Below are positions 22,853-32,056 of a stretch of 42,616 nt of DNA, in pieces. Every line of letters starts with the position of its first letter. Position 1 is the first letter of the stretch. A program made the translations under genes and the position numbers. Below the pieces are notes generated by a model. That model was not told where the DNA came from, ran no database searches, and was given only the letters and a program-made list of their open reading frames with translations. This DNA comes from a virus. The stretch lies in the IMG/VR virus record IMGVR_UViG_3300045988_017468; one strand, 5' to 3'.

Positions 22853-23161
22853 TCAGGGCGTATCACCTCCGTTCAGCCCGGCCAGAATACGAGCCTTGAT
22901 TTCCTCTGCGCTCTGCTGGGGCAGGGCGGGAGTATTAAAGTCGGGCAGGGTGTCCACCCAACGACACTCCATGCCCACAAGGCCAGCCAGAGCGTCCGTG
23001 ATGTAGGCGCGGTAGCTCTTCTCGTAAGCTTCCTGCTGCATCGCATTGACGCAATGTTGGGCAATGTAGGGTTTGCCAATGGCTTTCAGCATATCCAGCC
23101 GGATGGATGAGATCAGCCGCCGATATCGGTCTGAGCCAACCTCACCAACGAGGATAAAAAA
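22853..23161 (-). CDS. Tail assembly chaperone T-frame extension, expressed as a G-T fusion by -1 frameshift
   Basis: The -1 frame is open from the slippery site through the 79-aa ORF of the track (FFILVGEVGSDRYRRLISSIRLDMLKAIGK...). Confidence 0.6.
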   Translation of the reverse strand, partial: FFILVGEVGSDRYRRLISSIRLDMLKAIGKPYIAQHCVNAMQQEAYEKSYRAYITDALAGLVGMECRWVDTLPDFNTPALPQQSAEEIKARILAGLNGGDTP

Positions 23162-23517
23162 TCCAGCACATCCCGGTCGTTGATGGTCTCCGTGATGACG
23201 CGCAGGGTTTTGAAGGGAGTCATCTTTTCGGGGTTGCCGTCCTTGTCTGTTTCCAGCTCATACAGCAAAGGCAGCAGCTCCGCTGTGTTCTGAGCATTGT
23301 CGAACAGCAGCTTTTTTGCCATTGCCTTGATGTTCTTGCGGCCCTGGGCTTCTTTCTTTGCCTTGAGCTCATCGGGAGTTTCACTGCCCGTGAGGATGGG
23401 GCCGACTTTGCGCAGCTCCATCACCTGCGTCTCGGTCAGCAGGGTGGCCACCTTGTCCGCGATCATGTAACAGTGGCGCAGAAATTCTGTTTCGTCCATC
23501 TGGTTGAGAGTTTTCAT
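23113..23517 (-). CDS. Tail assembly chaperone (gpG-like)
   Basis: ORF track, 134 aa, between the major tail and tape measure genes. AAGGAG SD. Confidence 0.75.
   Translation of the reverse strand: MKTLNQMDETEFLRHCYMIADKVATLLTETQVMELRKVGPILTGSETPDELKAKKEAQGRKNIKAMAKKLLFDNAQNTAELLPLLYELETDKDGNPEKMTPFKTLRVITETINDRDVLDFLSSLVRLAQTDIGG
23155..23161 (-). other. Slippery heptamer U_UUU_UUA for programmed -1 frameshifting
   Basis: GAT TTT TTA in the G frame, 14 codons before the G stop. Fits X_XXY_YYZ. Confidence 0.6.
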
Positions 23518-23528
23518 TGTTCCACTCC

Positions 23529-24104
23529 TTATGCTGCCGCGTCTTCGCTTACAAAGAACTCCATTGGGACGGTCTCGTCGCCCATGCGGACACAGCCCGT
23601 CAGGGTGACGGACACATTGCCCTTGCCCTTGTCGGTTGTCTTGAGGGACAGGCCACCCGTGCTGATTGCGTTGTCCAGCCGAACAGCCACATAGCCGCCG
23701 CCGATGAGGTCGCCCACAAACCAGATGGTTTTGAAGTCGCCCGTGGTCTTGTCAGTTTTGAACGTCATGCGGGGCGTTACTTTGCCCCCGGCCACGTCCG
23801 CTGCGCCCAGCGCCATGCGGATGACCTCGGCGGAGGTATTCAGCGCGGTGAAGGCCAGCGTGCAGTCGTAGTCCTCAATTTCCATGAGCTCCACGGTGTT
23901 CTTCTGGCAGTTGTCCACATCTTCGCCCAGGTCGGTGATGTTGGGGGTGCAGGTGGCGGTGATGCCGCCAGTGGTTGCGCAGATGATGTCGGCATCAGCG
24001 ACGGCGGTCTGGACCTCAGTGTTGAACTTGTTCAGCACAAGGCCCGCGTTGATCTGCATGGACTTGAATGCTTCTGCGGAAATTTTGGTAAATTTTCTTC
24101 CCAT
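23529..24104 (-). CDS. Major tail (tube) protein
   Basis: Start at Met7 (MGRKFTKISAEAF...) behind AAGGAGA. Size and position are right and the sequence is beta-rich. Confidence 0.8.
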   Translation of the reverse strand: MGRKFTKISAEAFKSMQINAGLVLNKFNTEVQTAVADADIICATTGGITATCTPNITDLGEDVDNCQKNTVELMEIEDYDCTLAFTALNTSAEVIRMALGAADVAGGKVTPRMTFKTDKTTGDFKTIWFVGDLIGGGYVAVRLDNAISTGGLSLKTTDKGKGNVSVTLTGCVRMGDETVPMEFFVSEDAAA

Positions 24105-24112
24105 AATTCTCC

Positions 24113-24490
24113 TTACTCGCATAGCTGCGTGATCTCAAAATTCAGGTACTCGCACAAATAGCCCTCGGGCGGGTTGTCCATCGGCTGGGCCCACGGGGTG
24201 CCTTTGCGCAAAAGAATAGCGCCGCCCTCGCACGGCACGGTCAAACCGCCTGCAAGGGCTGCGCTAATTTGGTCTTCGGTCTGTAAGATGGGTAAACGCC
24301 CTGCGCTGCTTGGATACCACAAGCGGCCATGAAACGACGCTTCCTCGTTCCAGCCGCCGGGGACGGCGGGCTTGTAGGTCAGGTAGGGCAGGGAAGCGGC
24401 GGGCGGGATGTTGTCTTCCAGATAGCCCGGGATGCCAAATCCGTTGAAAAAAGCGTTCAGTGCCCGGTTGATGCTCTCAGACGGTCCCAT
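24113..24490 (-). CDS. Tail completion / tail terminator-like protein
   Basis: Start at Met9 with a TAATG overlap. Assigned by position between the head-closure and tail-tube genes. Confidence 0.5.
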   Translation of the reverse strand: MGPSESINRALNAFFNGFGIPGYLEDNIPPAASLPYLTYKPAVPGGWNEEASFHGRLWYPSSAGRLPILQTEDQISAALAGGLTVPCEGGAILLRKGTPWAQPMDNPPEGYLCEYLNFEITQLCE

Positions 24491-24858
24491 TACGGCAGCA
24501 CCGCCTTTTTGCACTTGACGGCCCGCAGCCCCATGCCGGATTCCGGCGGGGCTTTGCTTTCGTCCGCTGTGCTTGTGATCTGAAAGGTCTGCCCGTCGCT
24601 TACCCGCTTGATATAGTCCGGGAAAGCCAGCGGCACACCTGTGTTAACCAGCAGCGTATAGGTGGAAGCGGTGTCAGCCTGCTCCGCCACCTGAGCTTCC
24701 ACAGTGGTGTCGTGGCGCTCCACAGCCTCAAACTCGGGGCCATCCTGCCAGCCGGACACAAAGCCGCCCACGCCGTCCGGCTCATAGCTGCGGGTCTGAA
24801 AACGGTATTTTTGGGTAAAGCTCTGCATCACGGTGGATGCAGTGAACGAATTGACCAT
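24490..24858 (-). CDS. Head closure / head-tail adaptor protein (SPP1 gp16-like)
   Basis: Start at Met60 (MVNSFTASTV...). Size, position and the motif YRFQTRSYEPDGVGGFVSGW resemble this family. Confidence 0.6.
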   Translation of the reverse strand: MVNSFTASTVMQSFTQKYRFQTRSYEPDGVGGFVSGWQDGPEFEAVERHDTTVEAQVAEQADTASTYTLLVNTGVPLAFPDYIKRVSDGQTFQITSTADESKAPPESGMGLRAVKCKKAVLP

Positions 24859-24859
24859 G

Positions 24860-25270
24860 TCACATCTTCCTCCACTGATTGATCTCGGATTTATAGCGGG
24901 TCTTTCCGTCTGCAGCAAGCCCGTCCGTGCCTGTAGCCATCGTGCCGGACCACCCGGCAAAGGACTGGGACACATACACGCCGCTGGACGGCAGAGCCTT
25001 GTCGTATGCGTCGATTTTTTCAGCCAGCGCAACAAAAGCAGGCGGCACGCGCATGGGCTGCACCGTCCCGGTGAAGGTCTCGGCGGTCAGATCGCCGTCT
25101 CCGGCCTTGTGCACGCCGTCATTGAAGATGGATCCGCACACGAGGAAATACTGCCCCGGCACTACCCCGGCGGGAACGGTATCCGGCTCAAAGGCGAACT
25201 CCCCGGCAACGGGGTCGTCCGCCCGGTCAAAGAAATTGTGCGTGTAGACGCACAGCTCCGGTACAGTCAT
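24860..25270 (-). CDS. Head-tail connector-like protein
   Basis: ORF track, 136 aa; AAGGAGG SD. Lies immediately after the major capsid gene. Confidence 0.5.
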   Translation of the reverse strand: MTVPELCVYTHNFFDRADDPVAGEFAFEPDTVPAGVVPGQYFLVCGSIFNDGVHKAGDGDLTAETFTGTVQPMRVPPAFVALAEKIDAYDKALPSSGVYVSQSFAGWSGTMATGTDGLAADGKTRYKSEINQWRKM

Positions 25271-25296
25271 GGGGCGTCCTCCTTACAAAGGGGCGA

Positions 25297-26190
25297 TCAC
25301 TCGCCCGGGGTAATGGTCTCGACAGCGATACCATCCAGATACTCAGCAAACAGGGTCACGCCCATAATGGCGTAGCTCTCGGAGGTTGCAGTGCTGTAGT
25401 TTGCCTGAGTGTGGAAGCCGATGAGGTTGCTTGCCTCGCCTGCGGTCCGGTAGACCAGACCTGCGCGGGCAAACTCGCTATCCGCAGGATCCACATAGTA
25501 CATGACGATGTTGTCTACCGGGGTGGCAATAACCTTTCCCTTCGCGATCTCACTGTCGGACAGCAGGAAGATGGTGTTGTAGCCCATGAAGTCCTTGATG
25601 TACTGGAAGCCGAACTGGTTCTGCACGGTGATATTGGCATTGCCCAGATAGTCGTACACGTCCATCACGTTGACAAAGCCAACAACGCCGGTCACGGTGC
25701 GATGCATGGTCTTGAACTTGTTCTCGACCGCGCCCTTGGCATGTGCCAGCGCCATCTGGAAGGTCTTGGGAGTGCCCTTCAGGGTGCCGGTGTTCAGGAA
25801 CTTGTAGAACTTATCCGTTACCAGAGCGGTCAGGTCGTACAGGAACTCATCATCGGTCTTCTGCACGGCGACATCGTAGCCGTAATTCTGGATCGCCTCA
25901 AGGGTGACAGACTTGCCGTACTTGTCGATGGTGATCTTGCCGTACTCCTTCTCCTTGACGGTGTACTTGCTGAACGGGATCTCTTCGCCCTCGCCCACGG
26001 TGCCGCTCTGCAGGGTGCCCTGCGCATACTTGCTCTTGAGCACGGTGCCAGGCTGCATCCGGATAGGGCGCATGATGCCCAGAATGGTGCGCAGATGGTC
26101 CCAGTTGCGCTGGAAACGGGTCACAAAGTCGATTTCACGCGAGGCTACGGTGATATCGGTGGTCATGGTGATATTTTCTTTTGCTGCCAT
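25297..26190 (-). CDS. Major capsid protein (SPP1 gp13-like)
   Basis: ORF track, 297 aa, directly downstream of the scaffolding gene. Confidence 0.85.
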   Translation of the reverse strand: MAAKENITMTTDITVASREIDFVTRFQRNWDHLRTILGIMRPIRMQPGTVLKSKYAQGTLQSGTVGEGEEIPFSKYTVKEKEYGKITIDKYGKSVTLEAIQNYGYDVAVQKTDDEFLYDLTALVTDKFYKFLNTGTLKGTPKTFQMALAHAKGAVENKFKTMHRTVTGVVGFVNVMDVYDYLGNANITVQNQFGFQYIKDFMGYNTIFLLSDSEIAKGKVIATPVDNIVMYYVDPADSEFARAGLVYRTAGEASNLIGFHTQANYSTATSESYAIMGVTLFAEYLDGIAVETITPGE

Positions 26191-26193
26191 ATG

Positions 26194-26781
26194 TTATTCC
26201 TTTCCGCCGCCTGTAAACAGGTCGACATTTGCTGCAATGGCCGCCTGGCGTTCGCCAGCGTCCTTGATTGCAAAAATTTGGTCTTTGGTCATTTTGGAGC
26301 CGGTGTTGGTGGGCGGGGTGTCCACCTTTGCGCCGGTGGTGGTCGTAGTGCCCACGAAGTCGCTCCAATCAGCTTTCAGGCTGTCGGCGTGCTTTTTGGC
26401 GTCCTTGACCTCGCCCTTATCGTCCAGCTCCAACTTGTCGATATCCTCGCCAGACAGCCGCACGACCCGATCAGCATACTTGTCCAGCACCCCGGCGGAC
26501 TTCAGCAGCTCCCGGAACTTGGCTTCCTTGGCTGCGTGGGTGTCCTTCTGGGTCTGCTGGGCTTTGTAGTCGGTCAGCGCCTTTTCAGCGGCCTGCTTGC
26601 CGATGCTGGCTGCGTCGCGGTCCTTTTCGGCTTTGGCGAGGGCTGCGTTCTTCTCATCGAGCTGGTTCTGCAAGGTGTCCGTTTCCTCATGCAGCACGTC
26701 CAGAATTTTCTTGAGCTTGCCGCTGGTGTCGGTCGTTTCATCTTCCAGAATCGCCCGGAGAGTCTTGCGTTCGAGTGCCAT
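26194..26781 (-). CDS. Scaffolding protein
   Basis: ORF track, 195 aa. Charged, coiled-coil-rich and upstream of the capsid gene. Confidence 0.8.
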   Translation of the reverse strand: MALERKTLRAILEDETTDTSGKLKKILDVLHEETDTLQNQLDEKNAALAKAEKDRDAASIGKQAAEKALTDYKAQQTQKDTHAAKEAKFRELLKSAGVLDKYADRVVRLSGEDIDKLELDDKGEVKDAKKHADSLKADWSDFVGTTTTTGAKVDTPPTNTGSKMTKDQIFAIKDAGERQAAIAANVDLFTGGGKE

Positions 26782-26857
26782 GTGATAGTCCTTTCTGCCC
26801 TTGCTCGGGCTGCCATGCTTGGCAATAAGGTTTAATTTGCCGGACGTGCTGCCGGCG

Positions 26858-26931
26858 TGGTGCCGCTTGCAGGAATCGAACCCGCGTCCTCTGGTTACAA
26901 ATCAGCAGCTCTACCATTGAGCTAAAACGGC
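26858..26931 (-). tRNA. tRNA with anticodon loop UUUGUAA, read as Thr(UGU); the anticodon stem is non-canonical
   Basis: Hand fold: acceptor GCCGTTT/AAGCGGC, D arm GCTC-AATGGTA-GAGC, T arm GCGGG-TTCGATT-CCTGC, encoded CCA. Anticodon-stem pairs 27-43 and 31-39 are mismatched. Confidence 0.6.
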
Positions 26932-26970
26932 ATAAAAAAGCGGCTGACGCTGTGCGCCAACCGCTGAGTA

Positions 26971-27219
26971 TTAATTTGATTTCTGAGAAGCTACCATAAT
27001 AACGCGATTTCCTTTTCCATACGCATTATCGCAAAGTTCCTGAAGATGTTCTCTTGCTTTCTGCATTTCAACCAAAAGAATTCGTTCTTTTGTTTCCTGC
27101 AGGTAATATGGAGAAAGGTCAACGCGTGGGGCGCTGTTCCGTTCAAACATTTCTTGAAGTTTTTTGAGGTCTTCAAACGTACATCCTTCAACCATAGCGG
27201 TGTAAACAATGTTATCCAT
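26971..27219 (-). CDS. Hypothetical protein in an AT-richer patch
   Basis: ORF track, 82 aa; AAGGAGG SD. Confidence 0.5.
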   Translation of the reverse strand: MDNIVYTAMVEGCTFEDLKKLQEMFERNSAPRVDLSPYYLQETKERILLVEMQKAREHLQELCDNAYGKGNRVIMVASQKSN

Positions 27220-27223
27220 GTGT

Positions 27224-27676
27224 TTAAGCCTCCTTGTTCGCTTCTTCTACCGCGATCTCTCGCAGCTCGTCAATGTGTTCTTCCACCGCCGGGCGGAGGA
27301 ACGGACGGGGGGCCATGCCCCGGGTAAAGTGCCACTTGCCGTTGAAGTCTTTCCAGACCCACGGCGTTTTGCGTCCGTTGCCTTTCTCGGCAAAGATGCC
27401 CGTGCCAAGCTCCACATAGACGCTGTAAAAGAGATTTGACCCGATGGTCACAGTCTTTTTGGCGAGGTTGAGGGCAAAGGTCAGGCTCTGCTTGAGCGCG
27501 CCGCCCACGTAGCCCTCAATGCCTGTGCTGTCTGCCGTTCCAGTAGGCACAAGCAGCTGGGCGTAGTCTTGCACTTTCATGCCCCAGATGATCAGCACCC
27601 GCTCTGCCCATGAGTCCAGCGCCTCATGCAACTGCGGGGTGTTGTCGGTGAATTTGATGTCGTAGTTAAAGTTCAC
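27224..27676 (-). CDS. HK97 gp10-family head-tail joining protein
   Basis: GTG start (GTGA overlap). Motif YSVYVELGTG...APRPFLRPAVEEH. Confidence 0.7.
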   Translation of the reverse strand: MNFNYDIKFTDNTPQLHEALDSWAERVLIIWGMKVQDYAQLLVPTGTADSTGIEGYVGGALKQSLTFALNLAKKTVTIGSNLFYSVYVELGTGIFAEKGNGRKTPWVWKDFNGKWHFTRGMAPRPFLRPAVEEHIDELREIAVEEANKEA

Positions 27677-27906
27677 GGCTTATCCCTCGGTTCTCGCTTT
27701 TTCTTTAAGATGCGACCGCACTCAGGGCAGAAATTCAGCGGCCCGGCCCGGTGAGTAATAACGCCGCGCACGCCCATGTGTTTCCGGTGCTTTTTGGTGA
27801 TGAGGCTTACTTGGTAGGTGGTATATAAATCAGGATCATCTTTTGGCTCGTGTTCTTTCCACCACTTGAGCCGCTCGCAAAATTTGCAAGGCTTCTTCTC
27901 ATCCAT
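27673..27906 (-). CDS. Small zinc-ribbon protein
   Basis: ATG at 27906, 9 nt after AAGGAGG. CKFC...CPEC motif. Confidence 0.6.
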   Translation of the reverse strand: MDEKKPCKFCERLKWWKEHEPKDDPDLYTTYQVSLITKKHRKHMGVRGVITHRAGPLNFCPECGRILKKKREPRDKP

Positions 27907-28933
27907 GCTTTGCAACCTCCTTCTTTCTCTTGCGCTCTTCCGCCCACCACATTTGCTCTTTCTCTTTGCCGCCCTTGGATTTATACCACTCGGTGTAATC
28001 CATGACGGGGGTGGTCTCTTTGGTCACATTGTCTCGCTGCATGGCGTTCTGCCGGGGATACTTGCCCAGCGCAGAGGACAGCACACAGCGGCAGTGGTAG
28101 ACCATCTCCGGGGCGGCGTTTGGGTCGCCGGGGCGCTGAATCTCGTAACCCATGACCTTGAAAGGCTCGTCAAGCTCTGCCGTCTGCTGGTCAAGCAGGC
28201 GGTGCATTTCACGGGTGCGGTAGTCGTGGGTAGAGTTCCAGCGCTTTTTGACCTCGATGCCCAAAGCCTGGGCGTTGCGCATCTGCTGCAAAGCCCCGGC
28301 GTTTTGGGCGCTGGTAAGGGCTGTGATGGCGTTGTTCATGGCCCAGTGGATCTCCGTGTCTGCCATGCCGTTGACGGCCTGCACGGCGATGTCGTGGACG
28401 CTCTTGCCCTGCACGATGCCCTGCATGACGTAGCGGTTGAACACCCTGGCGTCATAGGTGCGGTTGCTCTCGCTCTTGATGCGCTTATTGGGCACCATGC
28501 GGGGGTTCTCTTTCAGCAGGAGTTTAACCGATTCGGTGTTGTACAGGGTCAGCCCGAACGTCACGCCTGCGGCCTGTTCCAGCTCGTAGAAAGCCCAGTT
28601 TGCGCCAAAGGAAAAGATGTTGTATTGCTCGTCCCGGGCTAGCTTGTAGGCCGTCTCTTGGGCCGTGGTGCAGGTCTGGGTGATGCCGTCAAGCTTGGCG
28701 TGCATCAAATCGGACTGAAAGACCTGATTTTGCAGCCAGATGCGGTAATCCTCTTCGGTGATCTCGCCTGCATCCAGCTGTGCCCGTTTGCGCTCGTCCA
28801 GCGCTTTGTACTTTGCCAGAAACTCGGTAAGCTGCTCCTGCATCTCCCGGCGGGCAGTGCCGTACACCCGGAGGATGCGGCGGCGCAGGCGGTTCAGCTG
28901 GCGGGTAGAGATGCGGTCACGGTCAGAAATCAC
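27899..28933 (-). CDS. Minor head protein (Mu F / SPP1 gp7-like)
   Basis: GTG start coupled to the portal stop. Motif HDYRTREMHRLLDQQ...PGDPNAAPEMVYHCRCV. Confidence 0.85.
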   Translation of the reverse strand: MISDRDRISTRQLNRLRRRILRVYGTARREMQEQLTEFLAKYKALDERKRAQLDAGEITEEDYRIWLQNQVFQSDLMHAKLDGITQTCTTAQETAYKLARDEQYNIFSFGANWAFYELEQAAGVTFGLTLYNTESVKLLLKENPRMVPNKRIKSESNRTYDARVFNRYVMQGIVQGKSVHDIAVQAVNGMADTEIHWAMNNAITALTSAQNAGALQQMRNAQALGIEVKKRWNSTHDYRTREMHRLLDQQTAELDEPFKVMGYEIQRPGDPNAAPEMVYHCRCVLSSALGKYPRQNAMQRDNVTKETTPVMDYTEWYKSKGGKEKEQMWWAEERKRKKEVAKHG

Positions 28934-30318
28934 GTTTCATCACCGTCTCCCTCCCCCTCGCCCACGGTCTCCCGTGTTGCGCTCTCAGCCATCAGCGCGG
29001 CCTTGGCCTGCTCCTTTTGTTCCGGGGTGAGGTTGGGCAGCAGGTCGATGGCCATGTCCTGTCCGATGATGGCGGCCTCGGAAATCACCATGCTGACCTG
29101 CTCAGCTGTGTTGGTGATCTTGCTGCGGTTGAATGTCGGCATAGCGTTTTCAAAGCCAGCCAGTGCGCAGATCTGCCGGATGAACGGCTTGACCTGCGCC
29201 TCGAAGTCGTCTGCGTTCTGGTTCAGCGGCTCATAGGCTGCATCCAGATGGTCGTTGGTGCTGTCTGCACTCACGCAGTGCACATCCAGACCGCCGAAGT
29301 CCTCATACACCCGGGTGTGGAGCAGCTCCAACAGAGCCTGCCGGGCCGTCACAGGGATCTCGGTGGTGTAGGGGGTGATCTTGCCGCCCTCGCTGGTGTC
29401 TGCGCCTGCAATGTGGTACAGATTCAGCTTGACAAGGAACTCCTGCAGTTCGTCATCGGTCATGCCGTTGAAGTTCTCGCACAGCCAGTAGATCTGCGAA
29501 AAGTCCTGCAGGTCATTGCAGAAGCCAGACATCACCAGATCGGTGTTGTCAATGTAGGCTTTCAAGCCCACAAGGGTGCTCTGGTGTAGGTCTGAGCCCC
29601 ACAGCGGCACAATGGGAAGAGCGCTGTAGTTTTCGCCCTCTACGCTTTCCAGCCCGCCGCCGGGTGTGGTGACGGTCACGCTCTTGTATGCCTGCTTCGG
29701 CGTTGTCTCTTGCATCACATTGCCGATTTTGCTTTCCGTGTACTCAGTGAAGCCGTCTAGCTCGTACAGGATATAGTGCATATCTGTGTCCGGGTTCAGC
29801 CGCCAGAAGCGCACACCCGCCTGCAAAAGGCTTGTCTTCTCATCGTACAGGGGCGCAAACTCGGTCAACTTGAAAACCACCAAGTGGTCGTTGTTCCAGA
29901 ATCCGAAGCTCTCGCCGTGGATCAGGGCGAAATATCCGGCCTTCTGGATCTGCTCATCAAAGTTCTGCCCCAGTCTGTCCTTGTCCACGCCCTCGTCTGC
30001 AAAGACCACACCGTTGCCGAGGGAGTAGGTCGCCCGCTGCTTGTTGAGCCGCCGGAAAAGATTGCTCTTGACCATATCTGGGTGTGGGGTGTCTTGCTTG
30101 GTGTTTTTGGATAGGCGCTTCAGCATCAAAGCGTAAGCCTGCGCAAAGCGTTCAGCCCCCGGGTTTTTCTGGGCATCGTACAGGTCGGCGTCCAGAGCCA
30201 TCTTGTAGGGCTTGGAAGCGCAGTGTTGCTGCACGAACCGCCGGATGAAATCAGGCTGTTCCCCGGCGGCTTGCGCCTGCTGAAATGTCTGGAATGTGTA
30301 TACAGTGCTCAAAATCAA
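28930..30318 (-). CDS. Portal protein (SPP1 gp6-like)
   Basis: 462 aa directly after terL, with an acidic C-terminus. TTG start; the exact start is uncertain. Confidence 0.85.
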   Translation of the reverse strand: MILSTVYTFQTFQQAQAAGEQPDFIRRFVQQHCASKPYKMALDADLYDAQKNPGAERFAQAYALMLKRLSKNTKQDTPHPDMVKSNLFRRLNKQRATYSLGNGVVFADEGVDKDRLGQNFDEQIQKAGYFALIHGESFGFWNNDHLVVFKLTEFAPLYDEKTSLLQAGVRFWRLNPDTDMHYILYELDGFTEYTESKIGNVMQETTPKQAYKSVTVTTPGGGLESVEGENYSALPIVPLWGSDLHQSTLVGLKAYIDNTDLVMSGFCNDLQDFSQIYWLCENFNGMTDDELQEFLVKLNLYHIAGADTSEGGKITPYTTEIPVTARQALLELLHTRVYEDFGGLDVHCVSADSTNDHLDAAYEPLNQNADDFEAQVKPFIRQICALAGFENAMPTFNRSKITNTAEQVSMVISEAAIIGQDMAIDLLPNLTPEQKEQAKAALMAESATRETVGEGEGDGDET

Positions 30319-31562
30319 TCCCTCAGTTTCACAAGGCGCTTTGTGCGCACGAAATAGCGGATAGCGTCCATGCAGTGGTCGTTTACCTTCAGCACGGTGT
30401 CGTCTTTATCCGGGTCCCAAGCGTACACGCCGAACTCTTCCAGCGTGTGCTTGCAGTCCTTGTATATTTTCAGCCGCCCGGTCTGCAGCATGGTCTGCAC
30501 GTCCAGAATGCCGCTCAGAACGTCATTATTTGCGGGGGTCTGGGTAAAGCCATTCTTGCGCAGTTCCGTAATCAGGGGCAGGGCAGAGGGGTCCACAATG
30601 ATCCTCTCCGGCTTGAGACCATCCAGCCACGCCTTGAGGTCTGCAACATACTCGCCCACGGTCTTTTGCCGCTTCTGTTCCCGGCCGCTGTAGTAGTACT
30701 CCCGGGTGACGATCCAGCAGTCTGCATCTGCCTGCTTCTGGAACAGCAGAAAGGTCGTTGCGTTCTGGGTGCCAAAGTCACACGCCACATAAGTGCTCTT
30801 TGGAGACAGCGCCGGCAGCACATCAACGACGTGCTTCTTGCGGTCGAACATGTCATAAACAAGGCCCTCCGCCACCGTCCACAGGCCCAGAATGTAGCGC
30901 TGATAGAAAACGCCGCTGTACTGGCTGCGGTATCTGGCCTTGATGTCCTCGGAAAGTGACAAGTTGTCGTCCATCGTGAAATGGAGATACATCATCCTGC
31001 GGGAACGGCATTTCCGCACCCATTCCAGATAAAACCAGTGCTGCGGGCTGCCCGGGTTGCAGTTGAACCAGAACTTTGACCCGGTGACAGAGCAACGGGC
31101 TGTGGCCTGATTGACGAAGCTCTGCGGCATCAGGGCCACCTCGTCGAAGAATGCCCCGGCAAGGGTGATGCCCTGGATCAGGTCCTGGCTGCTCTCGTCC
31201 TTGCCGCCGAAAAAGTAAAACTCGTTGGTTCTGCCGCTCTTGCTGACGGTCATGCAGTTTTCTGCCCGGTGCTCCTTGACGTTGTAGCCACGGGCTGCAA
31301 GCTGCTGCTTGAGCGTGCCCATCACGTTGCGCCGGAAGCTGGCGATGGTCTTGCCACACATGGCAAACTGCTGGCCGCTGTAGCAGGTCATAGCCCACTG
31401 GACGAAAGAGAAGCTCATGGCAAAGGTCTTGCCAGAGCGGATAGCGCCATCGGCAATGATGCCGTTGTAGCCGCTGTATGCGCTCTGCGGTGTCCACCAG
31501 CAAAGAACCATCTTTTGCCGCTGGCTGAGGGCTTTCCAGCGAAAACCGTTACTTTTCCGCAT
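30315..31562 (-). CDS. terL: Terminase large subunit (PBSX/Terminase_3-like)
   Basis: Start at Met13 (MRKSNGFRWK...). Walker A motif DGAIRSGKT. Overlaps the terS end. Confidence 0.93.
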   Translation of the reverse strand: MRKSNGFRWKALSQRQKMVLCWWTPQSAYSGYNGIIADGAIRSGKTFAMSFSFVQWAMTCYSGQQFAMCGKTIASFRRNVMGTLKQQLAARGYNVKEHRAENCMTVSKSGRTNEFYFFGGKDESSQDLIQGITLAGAFFDEVALMPQSFVNQATARCSVTGSKFWFNCNPGSPQHWFYLEWVRKCRSRRMMYLHFTMDDNLSLSEDIKARYRSQYSGVFYQRYILGLWTVAEGLVYDMFDRKKHVVDVLPALSPKSTYVACDFGTQNATTFLLFQKQADADCWIVTREYYYSGREQKRQKTVGEYVADLKAWLDGLKPERIIVDPSALPLITELRKNGFTQTPANNDVLSGILDVQTMLQTGRLKIYKDCKHTLEEFGVYAWDPDKDDTVLKVNDHCMDAIRYFVRTKRLVKLRD

Positions 31563-32025
31563 TGTCGTCCTCTTCCTTTGGCAGCATCTCCACGTCATCC
31601 GGCGGGCTGAGGTCTGCGGCGGCGCTCAGTGCCTCCACAAGACCATCGTCCGGGACTTCTATGCTATTCTGGTCTCCCAGCATGGCAAACTTGTCCACGA
31701 TGGTGCCGAAGGCCGTGGACAGCTGCGGCAGCGTCGCTTCTGCAATTTTGTCCGGGTCGGCCATCGCTTTGAGATACAGCCCGAGAAGATCCTGCGCTTC
31801 CACGCTTTTGCTGCCTAAGTAGGAAAGCATGTCCTGCGTGTTCTGCTCTTTTTTTTGGGCGCACAAATCCGCACACTTGGGATTGTCTTTCACGATTTTC
31901 CGCACGGTGCTTTCTGCCACGTCGTTCAGCTTGGAGGCTCTGGCGTAGCTCTGCAGCTGCACATAGTCAGCAACGATCTTCTTTTTTTGCTTATCTGTCA
32001 GCCGCTTTGCGCTCACCGCCACCAC
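31549..32025 (-). CDS. terS: Terminase small subunit
   Basis: N-terminal HTH-like segment LTDKQKKKIVADYVQLQSYARASKLNDVAESTVRKIV and an acidic tail. GTG start at 32025 or 32016. Confidence 0.75.
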   Translation of the reverse strand: MVAVSAKRLTDKQKKKIVADYVQLQSYARASKLNDVAESTVRKIVKDNPKCADLCAQKKEQNTQDMLSYLGSKSVEAQDLLGLYLKAMADPDKIAEATLPQLSTAFGTIVDKFAMLGDQNSIEVPDDGLVEALSAAADLSPPDDVEMLPKEEDDNAEK

Positions 32026-32056
32026 CTTCCTAAATTCTTGATGTCATATTCAAATT

